From Elusimicrobiota bacterium (GTDB lineage: Bacteria; Elusimicrobiota; Elusimicrobia; Elusimicrobiales; UBA9959), in assembly GCA_030637365.1 (NCBI GenBank), contig DAOWGR010000007.1, forward strand, positions 1-35,644: a stretch of 35,644 nt of DNA. The letters run 5' to 3'. The notes beneath the pieces were generated by a model, which was given only the letters and a program-made list of their open reading frames with translations, made no database searches and was not told the DNA's origin. This document shows, piece by piece, positions 32,429 through 35,644 of the stretch (its first letter is position 1; the number at the start of each line of letters is the position of its first letter). Position numbers and translations under genes: made by a program.

Positions 32429-33373
32429 ATGAAACATGTAAAATGCGAAATTTGCGGTTCGGATGATTCAAAGCCTTTTTGCTCGGCGAAATGCCCCGAC
32501 GGACCGGTGCGCGAAAACTTTGTAATTAACAAATGTGAAATTTGCGGTTTTGTTTTTGTTAATCCGAGGCCGGACAAAGATGAGATGAAACCGTTTTATT
32601 TTGACGAGTATTACGGCAAACCTTCATGGATTATGAAGCGCGTGTCAAATTCGGCCGTTTCCTTTTTTTCTTTTTTAAGAAAAAGAAGAATTCATAAATA
32701 TAAAAAAGCGGGCAAGATACTGGATATAGGCTGCGGCGACGGCACTTTTTTGAATTATATGAGAGCTTGCGATTGGAAAGTTTTCGGGGTTGAAACTTCC
32801 GAAAGCGGCTGCGGTCGGTGCGAGAAAAAGAAAATAAATGTCTCCAAAGATATAACTTTTCAAAGCGAATATTTTGATATTATCACTTTGTGGCAATCTT
32901 TGGAGCATATGGAAAATCCTTTTGGCGTTTTAAAAGAAATACACAAAGTTTTGGCTGAAGACGGGGTTTTAATCATATCCGCGCCCAATATTAACAGTAT
33001 GGAATACGCGATTTTTGACAGATTTTGGTTTCATCTGGATTTGCCGAGGCATCTTCATCATTTTTCCGGCGCGACTTTAAAAAAGCTTCTGCAAAAATCG
33101 GGATTTAAAGTTCTTGAAACGGAGCATTGTTCTTTCGAATATAATCCTTACGGATTGATGCAAACGATTATGAATACTTTTACTCCCGAGTTTAACTTTT
33201 TCTATAAATTCGCGAAACGAAATAAAACTCAGGGAAAGAAATTTATTCTTAATATGGCGGTAACTTTGCCGGCTTTAATTGTTTTCGCGATTCCGGCTTT
33301 TTTTGTTTCTTATATTTTTTCGTTTTTTAAAAGGGGCGGCGTAATACATGTATATGCTAAAAAAAATTCTTAA
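32429..33373 (+). CDS. Class I SAM-dependent methyltransferase with an N-terminal Cys-pair motif and a C-terminal TM helix
   Basis: The N-terminus carries CEICGS...CEICGFVFVNPRP. The SAM motif is ILDIGCGDGTFL, followed by the motif WQSLEHMENP. It starts 1 nt after the radical SAM stop. Confidence 0.85.
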   Translation: MKHVKCEICGSDDSKPFCSAKCPDGPVRENFVINKCEICGFVFVNPRPDKDEMKPFYFDEYYGKPSWIMKRVSNSAVSFFSFLRKRRIHKYKKAGKILDIGCGDGTFLNYMRACDWKVFGVETSESGCGRCEKKKINVSKDITFQSEYFDIITLWQSLEHMENPFGVLKEIHKVLAEDGVLIISAPNINSMEYAIFDRFWFHLDLPRHLHHFSGATLKKLLQKSGFKVLETEHCSFEYNPYGLMQTIMNTFTPEFNFFYKFAKRNKTQGKKFILNMAVTLPALIVFAIPAFFVSYIFSFFKRGGVIHVYAKKNS

Positions 33374-34298
33374 AGATTATGTTCTGGGAAGATGCGGCGT
33401 TTATAGTTTTTTATTGGTTCTTCTGGGGATATCTATTTATGTTTTCGGCGTGATTTTGTCGATTTGGGATAAAAATGTTTCCTGCGTTTTATTTGATGTT
33501 TCAGTCCCTCTTGTTTTAATATTCGGCGCGCTGTTTGTCTTTGATGTGTTTGTATTGAGAAATTTATTGATAAAAGGAAAGGAAATAAGAACGGATTCCA
33601 TCGCGGGAAAAAGCGTGTTGGTGGGTATGACGGCGTATGATGACGAGGATTGCATAGGAGACGCCGTATCTGATTTTATTAAAGAGCCGAATGTGAAACG
33701 AGTGGTGGTGATAGATAATAATAGCGCGGATAAAACCGGAGAAAGGGCGAGGGATGCCGGAGCGATTGTAGTGACTGAAAGGAAACAGGGCTATGGCTAC
33801 GCCTGTATGAGGGCGTTAAAGGAGGCTTCCGAAACAGGAGACATAATTGTTTTGGTTGAAGGGGACAAGACTTTTTCCGCCGATGATTTAAAGAAATTGC
33901 TGCCATATTTGGAAAATTGCGATATGGTTATCGGAACAAGAACAACAAAAGAACTGAATGAGCCCGATTCGCAAATGGATTGGCTGATGGTTCTTGGAAA
34001 TGTTTTTGTGGCGAAACTGTTGCAGATAAGATTTTGGGGAATAAGATTTACCGATATGGGATGCACATACAGGGTTATGAGAAAAGAAGGGTATGAAAGA
34101 ATCAAAAATAAGCTTAATGTCGGAGGGATGCATTTTCTTCCTCATATGCTGATTCAGTCAATTAAATCGGGCTTGAAAATTATAGAGGTTCCCATCACTT
34201 TTAAAAAAAGGGCGGGTAAATCAAAAGGCGTCGGAAGCAGAAAGCTAAGAGCCGGTTTTGTAGGCATTAGGATGATTTTTTCAATCTTGTTTTCATGA
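33348..34298 (+). CDS. Membrane-anchored family 2 glycosyltransferase, polyprenyl-phosphate sugar synthase-like (DPM1/ArnC/GtrB-like)
   Basis: Two N-terminal TM helices precede a GT-A domain with VLVGMTAYDDEDCIG, VVVIDNNSADKTGE and VLVEGDKTF (DxD-like). It overlaps the upstream methyltransferase gene by 26 nt. Confidence 0.85.
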   Translation: MYMLKKILKDYVLGRCGVYSFLLVLLGISIYVFGVILSIWDKNVSCVLFDVSVPLVLIFGALFVFDVFVLRNLLIKGKEIRTDSIAGKSVLVGMTAYDDEDCIGDAVSDFIKEPNVKRVVVIDNNSADKTGERARDAGAIVVTERKQGYGYACMRALKEASETGDIIVLVEGDKTFSADDLKKLLPYLENCDMVIGTRTTKELNEPDSQMDWLMVLGNVFVAKLLQIRFWGIRFTDMGCTYRVMRKEGYERIKNKLNVGGMHFLPHMLIQSIKSGLKIIEVPITFKKRAGKSKGVGSRKLRAGFVGIRMIFSILFS

Positions 34299-34362
34299 GC
34301 GCGATAGAGGTTGGAAATCGCGGTAAAAAGGGTTTTAGGGACAAATATAGAGGAGTGAGAAA

Positions 34363-35409
34363 ATGAAGCGGATTAAAGAAAGTTTAATTTTTACAGTAGC
34401 GATTGTCGCGATTGTAATATTGTTTTTTAACGCGACGGGTTTCAGCCAAAAAATGGATGAAAGAAACACTAAAGAAACGATAGATAAAATTCAGGCTTTG
34501 ATAAAACAGAACAATGCGAAATGGGTGGCCGGTGAAACATCTCTTTCAAATTTATCTTGGGATGAGTGGCAAAATTATGCGGGTTTGTCTTTTGATCCCA
34601 TTGATATCGTCCGGCCTATTGCGGATGTGGGAGATATTGAACTTCCTTCAAGTTTGGACTGGAGAGCCGCCGCCGGCGATTATGTGACGGAAATTAGAAA
34701 TCAAGCGAAATGCGGTTCATGTTGGGCTTTCGCCATGACGGCCGCGCTTGAATCATATGTTTTGTTGAGCGAGAAAAAACCGGGATTGAATATTGATTTA
34801 TCCGAGCAAGTGATGCTTTCCTGCAGCGGCGAGGGTTCTTGCCGCGGCGGAAATATGAACGCGGATTATTTGGAAGAAACCGGTTTGCCGCTTGAAGAAT
34901 TTTATCCTTATACGGCCACTAACGGCGTTTGTTCAAACGCGGTGGCGGGCTGGCAGGATAAAGCTTATAAAATCGGAGATTGGAATTTTGTACTCCACAA
35001 TTTATCTTCTTTAAAATCAGCTTTGGTTAAATATGGGCCTTTGGCGACAGCGATGATGGTTTATGAAGATTTTATGCATTATAAATCGGGCATTTATTCG
35101 CGCGTTTCCACCAAACAATTGGGCGGTCACGCGGTGACGCTGATCGGCTATAACGATGAAGAAAAATATTTTATAGTGAAAAACAGTTGGAGTGAGCAAT
35201 GGGGGGAAGATGGTTTTTTTAAAATAGCTTACTCTGAAGTGGACTTTCCGGTTTATTTCGGTTTAAGAACGATGGCTTATGCTGATAAAAACGGAGAAGG
35301 AGTCGCTTCTTTTTCACGAAGCGCGGATGGAAAAGACGGCTATTTAAATTCGGAGAAAGCGTGGATGAGAGCGGCGCCGATGTTTTTGCCGTTGTTTGAT
35401 TGGAAATAA
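34363..35409 (+). CDS. Secreted or membrane-anchored papain-family (C1A) cysteine peptidase
   Basis: It has an N-terminal hydrophobic signal/anchor and the mature-start motif LPSSLDWR. The catalytic Cys is in NQAKCGSCWAFAMTAALE, the His in GGHAVTLIGY, and Asn-Ser-Trp in VKNSWSEQWGEDGFF. An AGAGGAG SD lies upstream. Confidence 0.9.
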   Translation: MKRIKESLIFTVAIVAIVILFFNATGFSQKMDERNTKETIDKIQALIKQNNAKWVAGETSLSNLSWDEWQNYAGLSFDPIDIVRPIADVGDIELPSSLDWRAAAGDYVTEIRNQAKCGSCWAFAMTAALESYVLLSEKKPGLNIDLSEQVMLSCSGEGSCRGGNMNADYLEETGLPLEEFYPYTATNGVCSNAVAGWQDKAYKIGDWNFVLHNLSSLKSALVKYGPLATAMMVYEDFMHYKSGIYSRVSTKQLGGHAVTLIGYNDEEKYFIVKNSWSEQWGEDGFFKIAYSEVDFPVYFGLRTMAYADKNGEGVASFSRSADGKDGYLNSEKAWMRAAPMFLPLFDWK

Positions 35410-35434
35410 TAAATAACAGAAGTCAAAAAACTTT

Positions 35435-35644
35435 ATGATTGATAAAAAAAGACCTATCGGGATATTTGATTCGGGTTTTGGCGGTCTTACCGTTTTTAAG
35501 GCTGTTAGAAAATTGATGCCGGGCGAAAATATTATTTATTTCGGGGATACCGCCAGAGTTCCTTACGGAACCAAATCCGCTGATTCGGTTGTGGATTTCT
35601 CCTCGCAAATTTCAAATTATCTAATATCAAAAAAAATTAAAATA
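35435..35644 (+). CDS. murI: Glutamate racemase, 5' fragment (runs off the window end)
   Basis: My own translation gives MIDKKRPIGIFDSGFGGLTVFKAVRKLMPGENIIYFGDTARVPYGTKS. It contains the canonical DSGxGGL and YFGDTARxPYG motifs. There is no stop before the window end. Confidence 0.9.
   Translation, partial: MIDKKRPIGIFDSGFGGLTVFKAVRKLMPGENIIYFGDTARVPYGTKSADSVVDFSSQISNYLISKKIKI

Overview
This is a low-GC (about 40% by eye) bacterial window in which every credible gene lies on the + strand. Contents in order: (a) an Isf-like flavoprotein gene at 291-878. (b) A nearly complete S10/spc/alpha ribosomal-protein supercluster at 1339-17974, running rplC to rplQ and including secY, adk, map, infA, rpmJ and rpoA. 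It lacks rpsJ at its head and rpmD between rpsE and rplO. (c) The rod-shape and elongasome genes mreB-mreC-mreD-mrdA-rodA. They directly abut rplQ with a 0-nt spacer. (d) A DUF2344 protein tightly coupled to an RNase E/G-family nuclease. (e) An AmiC-like cell-wall amidase. (f) An envelope-glycan modification cluster: a GT-C/ArnT-like membrane glycosyltransferase, a compositionally deviant O-methyltransferase island, a B12-binding radical SAM enzyme, a SAM methyltransferase and a membrane-anchored GT2 polyprenyl-phosphate sugar synthase-like enzyme. (g) A secreted papain-like (C1) cysteine peptidase and the 5' end of murI. No rRNA, tRNA, CRISPR array, transposase or recognisable defence system was seen. 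The most unusual signal is non-coding. The ribosomal-protein genes are separated by atypically long spacers, ten of them 80-95 nt. These carry shared short motifs and a family of four to five long imperfect hairpin elements built from hexamer repeats. Each element starts 2-7 nt after a stop codon and ends 16-20 nt before the next ATG. The elements are rich in G.U pairs, so they fold only in the sense transcript. All homology calls come from motif recognition by eye; no database search was run.
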